Positions 1 through 11,001 of a stretch of 64,000 nucleotides of DNA are shown here, in pieces. Position 1 is the stretch's first letter, and each line of letters starts with the position of its first letter. The translations under genes were made by a program, and so were the position numbers. The stretch is from Pirellulales bacterium (GTDB lineage: Bacteria > Planctomycetota > Planctomycetia > Pirellulales > JAICIG01): assembly GCA_040901675.1 (NCBI GenBank), contig JBBDYJ010000035.1, forward strand, positions 213,351 to 277,350. The letters are read 5' to 3'. A model generated the notes under the pieces. The model did not search any database. It was not told the origin of the DNA and worked only from the letters and a program-made list of their open reading frames with translations.

Positions 1-1036
1 GGCCGCTCGTTTCGCGGAGTTGGTTCAGGGCCACGGCCATCACCACTACGATCCCCACGATCAGCCCTTCATAGACGTCGGCCCCGGTCTTGATGATCTT
101 CGCGATTCCATCGATCACCACCCGCAGGAACAGGCAGCCCAGCACCGTGCCGGGTATCGTGCCTATGCCTCCCCGCAGGCTGCAGCCGCCGACCACCGCA
201 GCCGCAATGGCATTCAGCTCGTAGCCCCGAGCGAGCGTCTGCGGGTCCGCCACGCTCTGCTCGCCGATATAGAAGATGCCGGCGATCGACGAGAGCATCG
301 CACTCAGAGCGTAAGCCAACCATTTCAGCCGGTCGGTGCGGATGCCGCTCAGCCGGGTCGCTTCTTCGTTGCCACCCAAGGCATACAGGTGCCGCCCCAC
401 CACGGTCCGGCTCAAGAGCACCCAGGCCGCCACGGCCAGCGTCAGGAACAGCGCCGCGCGCAACCAGACCGACGTGGTTAGCGAGCGGAACTGCTGGTCG
501 AAAATCTGGATCTGCGTGGTGCGGGCGCCGAACGTGTGCAAGGTCACGTTTTCGATCACGGCCCTAGCCAGGCTGCGCAGCCCGACCAGCGTGGCCAGCG
601 TGGCGATAAAGGGTGGCAGCCCGATCACGGTAATCAGCCAGGCGTGCAAGCTGCCGATCAGGAAACCCACCACGAGCGTGCCGCCGACGGCCAGAATGGT
701 CACGCCGGCGCCCAGCGGTTCGGCCTTCTGCATCGCTTCGGGAGCCAGAAACACCATCAGCGTCGCGCAGATGGTTCCGCTGAAGGCGATCACCGAGCCG
801 GCGGACAGGTCGATGCCTCCGGAGATGATCACGATGGCCGCCCCGAGGGCGAAGATGCCCAGCATCGACGTGTGCCGCAGGACATCCAGCGCGCTCAGCT
901 CCGGCGAGTAATAGTAGGTGCGCTGCTGGTCAAAAAGAAGAGTCAGCAGCACCACGGCCACGACCGCCAGGCCGAGCCCCGCTTCGCTGCGCGCCAACCA
1001 GCCAAGCGGAAACGCCTTGGGCCGCATGGGACTCAT
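1..1036 (-). CDS. Sugar ABC transporter permease (RbsC/AraH family), 3' end runs off the window
   Basis: Manual translation from ATG at 1036, which overlaps the upstream TGA: MSPMRPKAFPLGWLARSEAGL...SMLGIFALGAAIVIISGGIDLSAGS, containing the GGIDLS signature. Confidence 0.9.
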   Translation of the reverse strand, partial: MSPMRPKAFPLGWLARSEAGLGLAVVAVVLLTLLFDQQRTYYYSPELSALDVLRHTSMLGIFALGAAIVIISGGIDLSAGSVIAFSGTICATLMVFLAPEAMQKAEPLGAGVTILAVGGTLVVGFLIGSLHAWLITVIGLPPFIATLATLVGLRSLARAVIENVTLHTFGARTTQIQIFDQQFRSLTTSVWLRAALFLTLAVAAWVLLSRTVVGRHLYALGGNEEATRLSGIRTDRLKWLAYALSAMLSSIAGIFYIGEQSVADPQTLARGYELNAIAAAVVGGCSLRGGIGTIPGTVLGCLFLRVVIDGIAKIIKTGADVYEGLIVGIVVVMAVALNQLRETSG

Positions 1037-2124
1037 GAGCCCTGCAGCCCGTACTTGGCGAGCCAGTTTTTGAAGTCGCCCAACCGAAGGAACTCGGTCT
1101 TCGCGCCGAACATGTCCGCATTCAGTGGCGAATCCTCGTCCGGGACGACTACTTTCAGCCCGGTGTCGTAAATGTCTCCACCGTCGCCTTCGCCGTTGTT
1201 GGGCAGCATCTCCTCGATAGTCGCCTTGTCGTCCTGCGCCAGCGCCTTCATCAGCCGCACGCCCTGGTAACCCATTTCGAAGGGGTTCTGCACGACCATG
1301 GCATCGATGAAACCGGCCTCCATGTCCTTGATGGCAACGGGTTCGGCGTCGAACACCACGATGGTAAAGTCACTTCGCCGATTCAACTGCCGCACCACGT
1401 CGACGATGGCCGGAGCGTTGTACGACCAGATGCCCACCAGCACGTTGAGGCCCCGGTGGTTCGAGATGGCATTGCGGACGTTGTCCCGGGCGCGCGTGCG
1501 GTCCAGGTCGTCGGCCATGTTGTCCAGCGCCTCGAACTTGTCACCGGCGCCCTGTTCGAACCCGCTCACGCGCTCGATCGCGTTCTGCGCGCCGGTGCGT
1601 CCCACGAAGGTCACGTATTGGCCCCCTTCCGGTCGGAGGTGCCTGGCCGCGGTCCCCAGTTCCTGGCCTCCCGCCAGGTTGTCTGTGCCGATGAATGCGA
1701 AGCGGGCGTCGCGGAATTTTTCGCGGTCCACGTCCGAGTCGATCGTCACCACGTGAACGCCCTTGTCCTGCAGATTCTTCATTTCGTCGGCGACGGCCAC
1801 GTTGGCCGCATCGATGACCGAAACGCCGACCGCCACGATATCGCGCTGGCTGGCGAACTGCTTGAGCTTGTCGATCTGGCCCTGCGGCGTGCCGTCGTTC
1901 ACGTCCAGCACCGCCTGAAAGCCGTCCCGCTCGAGCTGGAGCTCCTGGGCCGCCGCCTCCAGGCCGGCTCGCGCCGTGTCCCAGAAGGGTGAGTTGCCGT
2001 TGGTCAACAGAATGAACCGCTTGGCAGCCGGCAGGGACGACGTCTCGGTCGGCTGCCTGCTGCAGCCGGCCGTGAGTGACAAGGCCGCCAGCAGCAGGCA
2101 GGCCGGCCAACAAGGGATTCGCAT
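1033..2124 (-). CDS. Sugar ABC transporter substrate-binding lipoprotein (RbsB-like)
   Basis: Lipobox LTAGC; motifs NSPFW, VVTIDSD, FIGTDN, VVQNPFEMGY; start re-called at MRIPCW. Confidence 0.9.
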   Translation of the reverse strand: MRIPCWPACLLLAALSLTAGCSRQPTETSSLPAAKRFILLTNGNSPFWDTARAGLEAAAQELQLERDGFQAVLDVNDGTPQGQIDKLKQFASQRDIVAVGVSVIDAANVAVADEMKNLQDKGVHVVTIDSDVDREKFRDARFAFIGTDNLAGGQELGTAARHLRPEGGQYVTFVGRTGAQNAIERVSGFEQGAGDKFEALDNMADDLDRTRARDNVRNAISNHRGLNVLVGIWSYNAPAIVDVVRQLNRRSDFTIVVFDAEPVAIKDMEAGFIDAMVVQNPFEMGYQGVRLMKALAQDDKATIEEMLPNNGEGDGGDIYDTGLKVVVPDEDSPLNADMFGAKTEFLRLGDFKNWLAKYGLQGS

Positions 2125-2340
2125 GGGGTCGTGTCCTATCGAGATTCGCTGTGAGGTGGGCCGGGAGATGCCGCCAATTGTCTCAAGAAAAGCGATTTTA
2201 AAGGGGGCGGGCGGCCATAGCAAGCAGATCGCCCACGCCCGAAGCCAGCAGCCGAAGGCCCCCGATTGCCCGGCTTCGCTCAACTTGGCGATCGTTACAA
2301 CCGATTCAATTGATATTGGACGGAACCCGACGCGGGTCTC

Positions 2341-2363
2341 GGACTTCGGCGAGCTCAGTCGAG
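2341..2363. repeat. Short palindromic repeat unit GGACTTCGGCGAGCTCAGTCGAG
   Basis: Exact reverse complement occurs at 44773-44795. Confidence 0.75.
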
Positions 2364-2418
2364 CCGCGGGCTCGACCCGCCCCGAGCCCGTCGAGGGGCG
2401 CCAGCGAGGAAACCTGCG

Positions 2419-3327
2419 TTGAAGATAGTTCCCAAGCACCGCCGGCCACGCGTCGGCCCAACCGAGCGGCTGGGCCGGCTGGGGCCTTGGCACCTGGTCC
2501 GGCTGGCGGCGGCCGGCAATCTCTGCCGCGTCTTCCAGGCCCGGCCCGCCGACGGACCCAACGACCGTCCCGCTTGTTACGCCGTGAAAGTGCTGCTCGA
2601 ACCGTGGCAGCTCGATCAGGCCGCCGTCGAAATGCTCCGCCGCGAAGCCCTGGTGGGCCGCAAAGTCTCACATCCGCACCTGATTTCGATCCTCTCGGCG
2701 CACGTGACCGAGCCGCCCTATTACGTGGTGATGCCCTGGCTTGGCGGCAGCACGCTGGCCGACACGATCGGCCGGTTTCGTTCGGGCGGCAGCCCGCCGG
2801 CACTGCCCTTGGCGCTCTGGCTGATCCGCCAGGTGGCCCAGGCGCTGGCCGCCCTGCACCAGCACGGTTGGATGCACGCGGACGTGAAGCCGGGCAATAT
2901 CATCATCTCGCCCGAAGGACACGCCACGCTTTTGGATCTGGGCTTCGCTCGGATGCCCGCCGAAAGCGGCTCGCTCGTCGACCGCTGCGTGGCCGGCACC
3001 ATGCAATACGTGGCCCCCGAAATGATCACCAGCGCGCTGCGGCCCGACATCCGCAGCGACATCTATAGCCTGGGCGTCACGTTGTTCGAGCTCTTGACCG
3101 GCCGGCTGCCGTTTGCGGGCAGCGAACTGGCCCAACTGGCCGAACAGCATCGGCAGGTGGAGCCGCCCGACGTGCGGGCGCTGGTTCCGCAGCTCCCCTC
3201 GGACGTCGGCCGGCTGGTCCACCGGATGCTGGCCAAGGAGCCGCTGCGAAGGCCGCAAACACCCGCCGAGCTCATCGAGCGCCTGGCCGCGCTGGAGATC
3301 GCCACGTTCGATCAACGCCAGGGCTAG
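2419..3327 (+). CDS. Hanks-type Ser/Thr protein kinase, soluble, catalytic domain only
   Basis: YAVK, HADVKPGN, DLG, GTMQYVAPE, SDIYSLG; no transmembrane segment. Confidence 0.92.
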   Translation: MKIVPKHRRPRVGPTERLGRLGPWHLVRLAAAGNLCRVFQARPADGPNDRPACYAVKVLLEPWQLDQAAVEMLRREALVGRKVSHPHLISILSAHVTEPPYYVVMPWLGGSTLADTIGRFRSGGSPPALPLALWLIRQVAQALAALHQHGWMHADVKPGNIIISPEGHATLLDLGFARMPAESGSLVDRCVAGTMQYVAPEMITSALRPDIRSDIYSLGVTLFELLTGRLPFAGSELAQLAEQHRQVEPPDVRALVPQLPSDVGRLVHRMLAKEPLRRPQTPAELIERLAALEIATFDQRQG

Positions 3328-4755
<1,428 letters not shown>

Positions 4756-4916
4756 TTTGCGCTCTCATGGATCCGGCCCGTCCGCGGGCTGGCAAGAAAC
4801 TGAGCTTGCATCCCAGCCGCGAACGGCATTTGGATGAAGCATCGACGACCCGCCGCCGTCAACGCGCCTCGTCGCCGCGAGTTGCAAGTCGAGCGGCCTT
4901 TTCCTCCCCGCTTCGA

Positions 4917-5510
4917 TCACGCCTTGAGCCGTGGCAAAAACCTCCCCACCCGCTGCATGTAGTCCCGGTACTCGTGGCCAAATCGCTCGATCAGTTTCTC
5001 TTCCTCGATCCGAGTCCGAACTACCAGGAAACCGAACGGAATGATGCCAGCCAACAGCAAAAACCAGTTTGCTGCAACCAGACTCCCGCCGATGATGCCC
5101 AGCGCAAATGCCAGATAAAAGGGATGCCGAACAAAGCGGTAGGGGCCGCTGGTGACGAGAGAATGCTCTCTTCTCGTAACGACTGTGTCCGTCAGATTCC
5201 TGCCGAGGGTGCGAAAGGTCCATACAACAAGGACTCCACAGAATCCTACGATGGCAAGCCCGATCCAGCGCAGCCAGTCGGGGAGCGGCATCGATGACCA
5301 CGCCATCCATTGCGGGTTGATCAGCCAAGCAACAAGGCCACCGAACATCGGAATTCCGCTCAGCCGCAGTCCAAACAAGATGAAGGCACCTTCCTGCCAG
5401 CGGTCGAGCTTCTCGTCCGTCTGGGACCGAACCCGGCAATAGACGGCGAACGGCATGAAGCTAGCGACGATGATCATAAAGAACAGGCGGAAGGAGTTGT
5501 CGTCGTTCAT
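4917..5510 (-). CDS. Isoprenylcysteine carboxylmethyltransferase (ICMT/PEMT) family membrane protein
   Basis: LVTSGPYRFVRHPFY and EEEKLIERFGHEYRDY motifs. Confidence 0.9.
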   Translation of the reverse strand: MNDDNSFRLFFMIIVASFMPFAVYCRVRSQTDEKLDRWQEGAFILFGLRLSGIPMFGGLVAWLINPQWMAWSSMPLPDWLRWIGLAIVGFCGVLVVWTFRTLGRNLTDTVVTRREHSLVTSGPYRFVRHPFYLAFALGIIGGSLVAANWFLLLAGIIPFGFLVVRTRIEEEKLIERFGHEYRDYMQRVGRFLPRLKA

Positions 5511-5528
5511 GGAGCCCCTGGCCAACGC

Positions 5529-7190
5529 TCAGTCTAGCGGATTCACCGGCTCGGGTGTTGGTGGGGACCGCTGGGCCTCGATCAGCAGGTCCTCTTCCGC
5601 CACGCGGCGGGGCTTGGCGATGCGCACGTGACGCACGGCCGTGACCACGGCCGGCACATTCGCCAGAAATATCACCACGCCGGCCAGCGGCACGGCGCAC
5701 CAGAGTATGAACAGCTCATCGGGCACGATCGACTCGAACGTCGCATAACCCAGCGTCCAGATGGGGTTCGTGATCTCCAGCAGCGAGTAACCGCGCCGCA
5801 GATCAGGGATCATCAGGTGGATCGTCAACGGAATGAAGCACCCCGCCAGCAGCAGCAGCACCTGCACCAGCACCCCCAACAGCATGGGCACCTGGATGAA
5901 CCTCCGTAGCCCGCTCAGCAACAACCGGCCCAGGCCAAGGTACACGGTCACATAGCCCAGCCCCAACCCGCCGAACGTCAGCAGCCTTTCGAGGGTCATT
6001 GCTCCGGACCAGGATGGCGTCGGCATGGGATTGAACATCAGCCAAATCAACACGCCGATCAACGTCATCAGGGCGACCGAAATCAGGTTGGCAAAGGCAA
6101 ACATGAATCCGGTTGCCGGGCCCGGTGCGAACCAGGTCAGAAAAGCGCGGCCCAGGAAGCTTTGCGGCAACTGGCGGCGGACGCGCTGCGACAGCTCGCC
6201 CGACTCGCTGTTCATGAAGACGCCCATCGCGTACCAGTGAAGGCCGCTCATCATCAGGAACACCAACAGAAATTCCATCTCGCCATACTTGAGCCAGGCC
6301 CAACCCATCCAGCCGGCGAACAGGACCTGCTGGGCCACCATCACCATCCGCAGCGCGGTCGAGCGGTTGTCGCTGGCAAAGGTCAACTGGGCCGAGGCCG
6401 CCGCCGCCAGCAGGGCGAAATAGCCCCAGTAGCCGGTCAAAAAGGCGGCATTGCCGATCCAGAATTCCTCGTCCTGGAACGGCAGGCTGTTCCAGCCCAC
6501 CATTTCGAAGACCAGCGCGCAACTGCCCCAGAAAGCCAGGCCCAGGCCGAAGATCAGAAACACGGAGAGCACGACTTGCCAGTGCTTTTCGGCCGTGACG
6601 GTGGCGATCAAAAGCCCGGCCAGCGACAAGCCCAGCGAGCCCAGAAAGGTATAGAACAGCATGAACAGGATGGTGGGCATGTCGATGCCCTCCAGCATGT
6701 AGGTGAACGCCAGGCAGGGGGCAATGCCGGAAAAGTAGACCAGCATCTGCAAGACGGCGCTGCCCAGCTTGCCGCTCACGATCTGCCTGGGCTTGAGCGT
6801 GGTGACGCTGAGCATTTCATAGGTGCCGTCCTCCCGCTCGCCGGCCAGCGAGCGAAATGCTCCGAACGGCACAATCACCAGCAGTGGAAACGACAGCACC
6901 ACGTAATAGCCGGCGAACAGCCAGACGCCTTGGGCGCCGTAAAAGATGCCCGGCCCGATCAGGGCCACGCCCAGCATCGACCAGACCCAGCCGCATGCCA
7001 GCACCAGGGCAAAGGTGATTCCGAACTGCCGGCTCTTGAGCGCCTGGCGGGTCTCCTTGACCAGGATCGGATTCAACCACTCGCTGAATCGGCCCAAAAC
7101 CTGTTCGGCCCGGCTCCACCAGCGACGATCCGCCGGCTCGCTGACCGGCTCATCGCCGTCGCGGGCCACGACCGGCTCCAGCGTGGTCAT
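5529..7190 (-). CDS. ABC-2 type permease, large membrane protein
   Basis: NPILVKE and EREDGTYEML...IVSGKL motifs, many TM segments; ATG overlaps the ATPase stop. Confidence 0.85.
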   Translation of the reverse strand: MTTLEPVVARDGDEPVSEPADRRWWSRAEQVLGRFSEWLNPILVKETRQALKSRQFGITFALVLACGWVWSMLGVALIGPGIFYGAQGVWLFAGYYVVLSFPLLVIVPFGAFRSLAGEREDGTYEMLSVTTLKPRQIVSGKLGSAVLQMLVYFSGIAPCLAFTYMLEGIDMPTILFMLFYTFLGSLGLSLAGLLIATVTAEKHWQVVLSVFLIFGLGLAFWGSCALVFEMVGWNSLPFQDEEFWIGNAAFLTGYWGYFALLAAAASAQLTFASDNRSTALRMVMVAQQVLFAGWMGWAWLKYGEMEFLLVFLMMSGLHWYAMGVFMNSESGELSQRVRRQLPQSFLGRAFLTWFAPGPATGFMFAFANLISVALMTLIGVLIWLMFNPMPTPSWSGAMTLERLLTFGGLGLGYVTVYLGLGRLLLSGLRRFIQVPMLLGVLVQVLLLLAGCFIPLTIHLMIPDLRRGYSLLEITNPIWTLGYATFESIVPDELFILWCAVPLAGVVIFLANVPAVVTAVRHVRIAKPRRVAEEDLLIEAQRSPPTPEPVNPLD

Positions 7191-8137
7191 TGCACGTGCC
7201 CCTGGGTGACCTGCATGAACACCTCCTCCAGCGTCTTGGCCTGCCGGCCGAAGGCGACCACCCGCAGCCCCGCCTCGACCATCTCCCTGAGCAGTTCCGC
7301 CTCCGACTCCAGATCCCCCTGGTGCAGGAAGATCACCTGCTGGCCATCGACCTCGATCTGCGAGATATCGGGCCGCCCGTTCAGCCAGTGGGCGACCGGC
7401 GCGGCATCGCCCAGCGCGCGGACCAGCACCTGGCTGACGTGATGCGCTTGCTGCCCTCGTTGGATTTCGGCCACCGAGCCGACGGCCAGCAGGCGGCCCT
7501 GCTCGATGATTCCGACCATGTCGCACATTTCGGCCAGCTCCGTGAGGATGTGCGAGCTGATCAGGATCGCCTTGCCGTCGGCGGCCAACCGGCGAATCAT
7601 TTCCCGCAACTGGATGCGGGCTCGCGGATCAAGGCCGGCCGCCGGTTCGTCCAGGACCAGGACGGCCGGGTTGTGGATCATGGCCCGGCCCAGGCAGAGC
7701 CGCTGCTTCATCCCCTTGGAAAGACCGTTGGTCGGCTTGTCGGCCAGGGTGTCGAGCTTGGTGAAGCCCATCACGTAGCGCAGCGCGCGCAGCCGCTCGC
7801 TGCCCCGCAGGCCGTAGGCGCGGGCGAAGAAGTCGAGGTACTCGCGCACGTTGACGTTGGCGTAGGTGCCAAAAGAGTCTGGCATGAAGCCCAGGCGGTT
7901 GCGGACTCGGTCCGGATCGTTGACCACCGAGAAGCCATCGACGAAGGCGTCGCCCTGCGTGGGCATGTCGAGCGTGGCCAGGATCCGCATGCTGGTTGTC
8001 TTGCCGGCGCCGTTGGGTCCGATGTACCCGAAGACCTGCCCCCGCGCGACTGAAAAGCTGACGTCGTTGACCGCCTTGGTGCGGCCGAAAAAGCGATACA
8101 GGCCCCTTAGCTCGATCATCGGGTGGCTGCTGATCAT
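7187..8137 (-). CDS. ABC transporter ATP-binding protein
   Basis: GPNGAGKTT, LSKGMKQR, LDEP, SSHIL. Confidence 0.95.
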   Translation of the reverse strand: MISSHPMIELRGLYRFFGRTKAVNDVSFSVARGQVFGYIGPNGAGKTTSMRILATLDMPTQGDAFVDGFSVVNDPDRVRNRLGFMPDSFGTYANVNVREYLDFFARAYGLRGSERLRALRYVMGFTKLDTLADKPTNGLSKGMKQRLCLGRAMIHNPAVLVLDEPAAGLDPRARIQLREMIRRLAADGKAILISSHILTELAEMCDMVGIIEQGRLLAVGSVAEIQRGQQAHHVSQVLVRALGDAAPVAHWLNGRPDISQIEVDGQQVIFLHQGDLESEAELLREMVEAGLRVVAFGRQAKTLEEVFMQVTQGHVQ

Positions 8138-8142
8138 GGCGG

Positions 8143-10392
8143 CTACCAGGTCCCCGTGACGACGTGCAGGCTGGCCTGCTCCCTGACCCGCTCGACTCCG
8201 TAGAGCACTTCCGGTGATCGCTCGACGACGGCCACGTACGACCGCGGCGGCAGGGGCGCGGGGACCGGCTGGAAGCGCGACGTGTCGGCGAGGGCCCGGG
8301 AAATGCAGCGCTCCAGGCAGCTCGATTGCAGTGTCGCCGCCGGCGCGTTGGCCGAGGTGCTGGTCCCGTAGCTGTAGCGATAGCCCGAGCCGAACGAGTC
8401 GGCGAAGGCTTGGGGATCGAGTCCCTCGGGAACCCGAGGAGCATTGTCAAAAAAGACCTTCCCTAGCGCTTGCCGCTCGGCCTTCAAGTCGGCCGGCTCG
8501 AGGGGAGCTTCGGCGCCTTCCGCCACGTTCATGGCCCGAAAGTGTGTACCGCTCGAATCGGCCAGCAGCAATCGCTTGATGGCGGAACCGAGGCGGTTTT
8601 CAACGCGAGGCGGCCCTGAAGCAGACTCGATGAAACGCAAACCGGCCTGGGTTTGCCGGCTTCGGACGGTGAGCAGTTGCGTCCTGGTACGGGACGTCAG
8701 CCAGCCGCTGGGCAGGTGATACTCGTCGTCGTACCAGATCATGGTGCGGCGGCGAGCTTGGCTGCGGGAATCGGCGGTGCCTCGCGGCTCGATGGGCAAT
8801 ACGGCCACGTCGGATGGAAAGCGCAGGCCGCCCGACGGAGTCAAGCCGGAAAAATAGGACAGCCGGGACCAGCAAACCGCCTCGCCGCGACGCTGATCGA
8901 TCTGGGTGTAACTGCGGCTCCGCACGCGGATATCGAGCCCGTCGGCCACGAGCGCATATCCGAACAACGCCAACGTGACCACCGATGCGCAAAGCGGCAC
9001 CACCAGCACCAGCAGGTGCAACTGGCCGCGCCGCTTGAGCCAGAAATAATTGAGCGGGCCGATGCAGACGACGAACAGGGTGATCAACAGCCTGAACTCG
9101 GTCACGGGGGCCATCCCCACGCCCGGCACCAGCCAATTCCAGAAGCCGATGTTCTCACGCTGCATCGAGACGCCGTGGCGCCGGTACCACAACCAGCGGT
9201 CGGGAGAAAGCGTGTTGAGCACCCAGGCCCATTGACGGGTTGAAAGAGAAAAGGCGCTGTCCTTGGAAATGCCCACCACAACTCCCATGCCCAGAGGCCG
9301 GTAGACGAAAGGCGGGTGGGCCGGGTCGCCCGGCGGCTCCGCCTGCACCGGAGCAGCAGCGGGGACCGTCACCGGCACCCCGTCGGGGCCAACCTGCACG
9401 ACCTCTGTTGGCTGTACGATGGTCTCACTTCGACCGAAAGGATTCTCCACCAGGCCTTGATCGGCCGACTGCGGGGGCAGAGACCAGCCGCGGTGCATCG
9501 CATCGCCCCCGGCGGGCGTTTCCAGCCCAGGCAGCTCGAACGCCTTTTCGACTTCACTGAGCCCGGCAAAATCGTCGCCCAGCCCTTCGACAAACAGGTT
9601 GCCCCCCGCCGCCACCCAGTCGCCCAGCGCCTTCAATCGCTTGGGATGATCGACCAGCTCAACCAGCGCCGGCCTGGAAATGCAAATGATGTCCAACTGG
9701 GAATAATCGATCCACTTCGTCGGCAACCGGTCCACCGCCAGCCCGATCTGCGTGTTCAACTGGACTGGCGCCCCGGTCTGGACGGAGGCCGGCGCATAGT
9801 AGCCCTGGTTGCTGTCGGCGGGGAGCAGCTCGGCCAGGGCCGATGTATCCTCGCTGGCAACCGCCACGCCCACTGCCGCCGGAGCCGGGCCGGTCGCGGC
9901 CGGCGGTGCCGCGGCAGTGATGCAAAGAATGTTGGGCAGCGCTTCATTTCCATGGCTCCAGATGGGCAGGCCGATGCTCAACTGCGAAAGGGTTTTGGAG
10001 AAGCGGCCGTCCTCATAAACGGAAAGCTCGTATTGCGTCCAGGGAATATGCTGCGGCACCGACAGCACGCTCGTGACGCCGGTGCTGCCGGCCGGCAGCT
10101 CGATGTCCTGGCTCACCAACAAATCCTGGTTTCCCCCATACATCGAGCGGGCTCGAAACTCGATGGTGAGGGTGCGGTCCGCCGCGTTGGCGACGGTCGG
10201 GATCACATCGATCCAGACAGGCCGGAACCCGGCGCCGTTCACCCACCGCGTATCCACCGTCAGCGACAGCCCCTTGCCTGTCGTGGTGATGACGGTCCCC
10301 GAAGTCGCCAGCACCGCCCGCGGAAATGCCGCCAACACGACCAGAGCCAGGGCCGTCGATCGGACACAGCGCCAAATGGTCGGTGCGGACAC
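8143..10392 (-). CDS. Large exported/membrane accessory protein of the ABC system
   Basis: Signal peptide; WVAAGGNL GATase-like segment; two TM helices (IGPLNYFWLKRR); operonic with the ABC genes. Confidence 0.7.
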   Translation of the reverse strand: MSAPTIWRCVRSTALALVVLAAFPRAVLATSGTVITTTGKGLSLTVDTRWVNGAGFRPVWIDVIPTVANAADRTLTIEFRARSMYGGNQDLLVSQDIELPAGSTGVTSVLSVPQHIPWTQYELSVYEDGRFSKTLSQLSIGLPIWSHGNEALPNILCITAAAPPAATGPAPAAVGVAVASEDTSALAELLPADSNQGYYAPASVQTGAPVQLNTQIGLAVDRLPTKWIDYSQLDIICISRPALVELVDHPKRLKALGDWVAAGGNLFVEGLGDDFAGLSEVEKAFELPGLETPAGGDAMHRGWSLPPQSADQGLVENPFGRSETIVQPTEVVQVGPDGVPVTVPAAAPVQAEPPGDPAHPPFVYRPLGMGVVVGISKDSAFSLSTRQWAWVLNTLSPDRWLWYRRHGVSMQRENIGFWNWLVPGVGMAPVTEFRLLITLFVVCIGPLNYFWLKRRGQLHLLVLVVPLCASVVTLALFGYALVADGLDIRVRSRSYTQIDQRRGEAVCWSRLSYFSGLTPSGGLRFPSDVAVLPIEPRGTADSRSQARRRTMIWYDDEYHLPSGWLTSRTRTQLLTVRSRQTQAGLRFIESASGPPRVENRLGSAIKRLLLADSSGTHFRAMNVAEGAEAPLEPADLKAERQALGKVFFDNAPRVPEGLDPQAFADSFGSGYRYSYGTSTSANAPAATLQSSCLERCISRALADTSRFQPVPAPLPPRSYVAVVERSPEVLYGVERVREQASLHVVTGTW

Positions 10393-10453
10393 AGGTTACC
10401 TCGATGGCTGGCGTTTGACGGTAAATCAAGCCGGTCTTGGATATTCAGACAGT

Positions 10454-10759
10454 CTACCCCTGGGGCGGGCGGCCCGCGGGCGCTGGTGCGCCCGGCAGCG
10501 GAGGCGCGCTGGCCGCAAACGGCGTCTCGGCCCGCTGGCTGGCGGGCCGCCGCGACCGCGGCGCTACCAATGAGAATAGCCATATCACAAAGAACATCGC
10601 GCCATGGACCAGCATCGCCACGGCCAGCGCCGCCAGTGCGATCGTGATGGCGGCCGCCCAGAACGAGCCCCGCACCGCCATGGCCGCAACAAGCGACATC
10701 ACCGCGGCGACGGCCGTTAGCCCCAGCACCCAGCGCAGCGAAAACTGCGGCACCAACAT
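10454..10759 (-). CDS. Small membrane hypothetical protein
   Basis: MLVPQFSLRWVL start typical of planctomycete small proteins; two hydrophobic helices. Confidence 0.6.
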   Translation of the reverse strand: MLVPQFSLRWVLGLTAVAAVMSLVAAMAVRGSFWAAAITIALAALAVAMLVHGAMFFVIWLFSLVAPRSRRPASQRAETPFAASAPPLPGAPAPAGRPPQG

Positions 10760-10792
10760 AAAACTCTCCAAAGCCCCACTGCTCTTCCCGGA

Positions 10793-10920
10793 TGCCACTG
10801 CTTGAAGGCCGCTCTAAGGTCCGCCCAAGGCGGACCAAGCAGTGCCGTATGCATCTCCCGACGGCACTGCTTCTCGGTCCGCCTTTTGCGGACTGCGGCG
10901 GCCCCTCCAAGCAGTGGCAC
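10793..10920. repeat. REP-like doublet of two inverted ~57-bp units (TGCCACTGCTTG...CAAGCAGTGGCA)
   Basis: 10793-10848 is a near reverse complement of 10861-10920; related copy at 28444-28490. Confidence 0.8.
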
Positions 10921-11001
10921 GGACACCTAGCTCGATTGTGCCACGGCGGGCCATGGATTCAAGCGTCCACGGGCCGGATGAGGGCTATTCGCCCCGCGGC
11001 G

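Noticed and set aside
10915..10930. TGGCAC as a sigma54 promoter
   Set aside because: No GC at -12, and it is part of a REP
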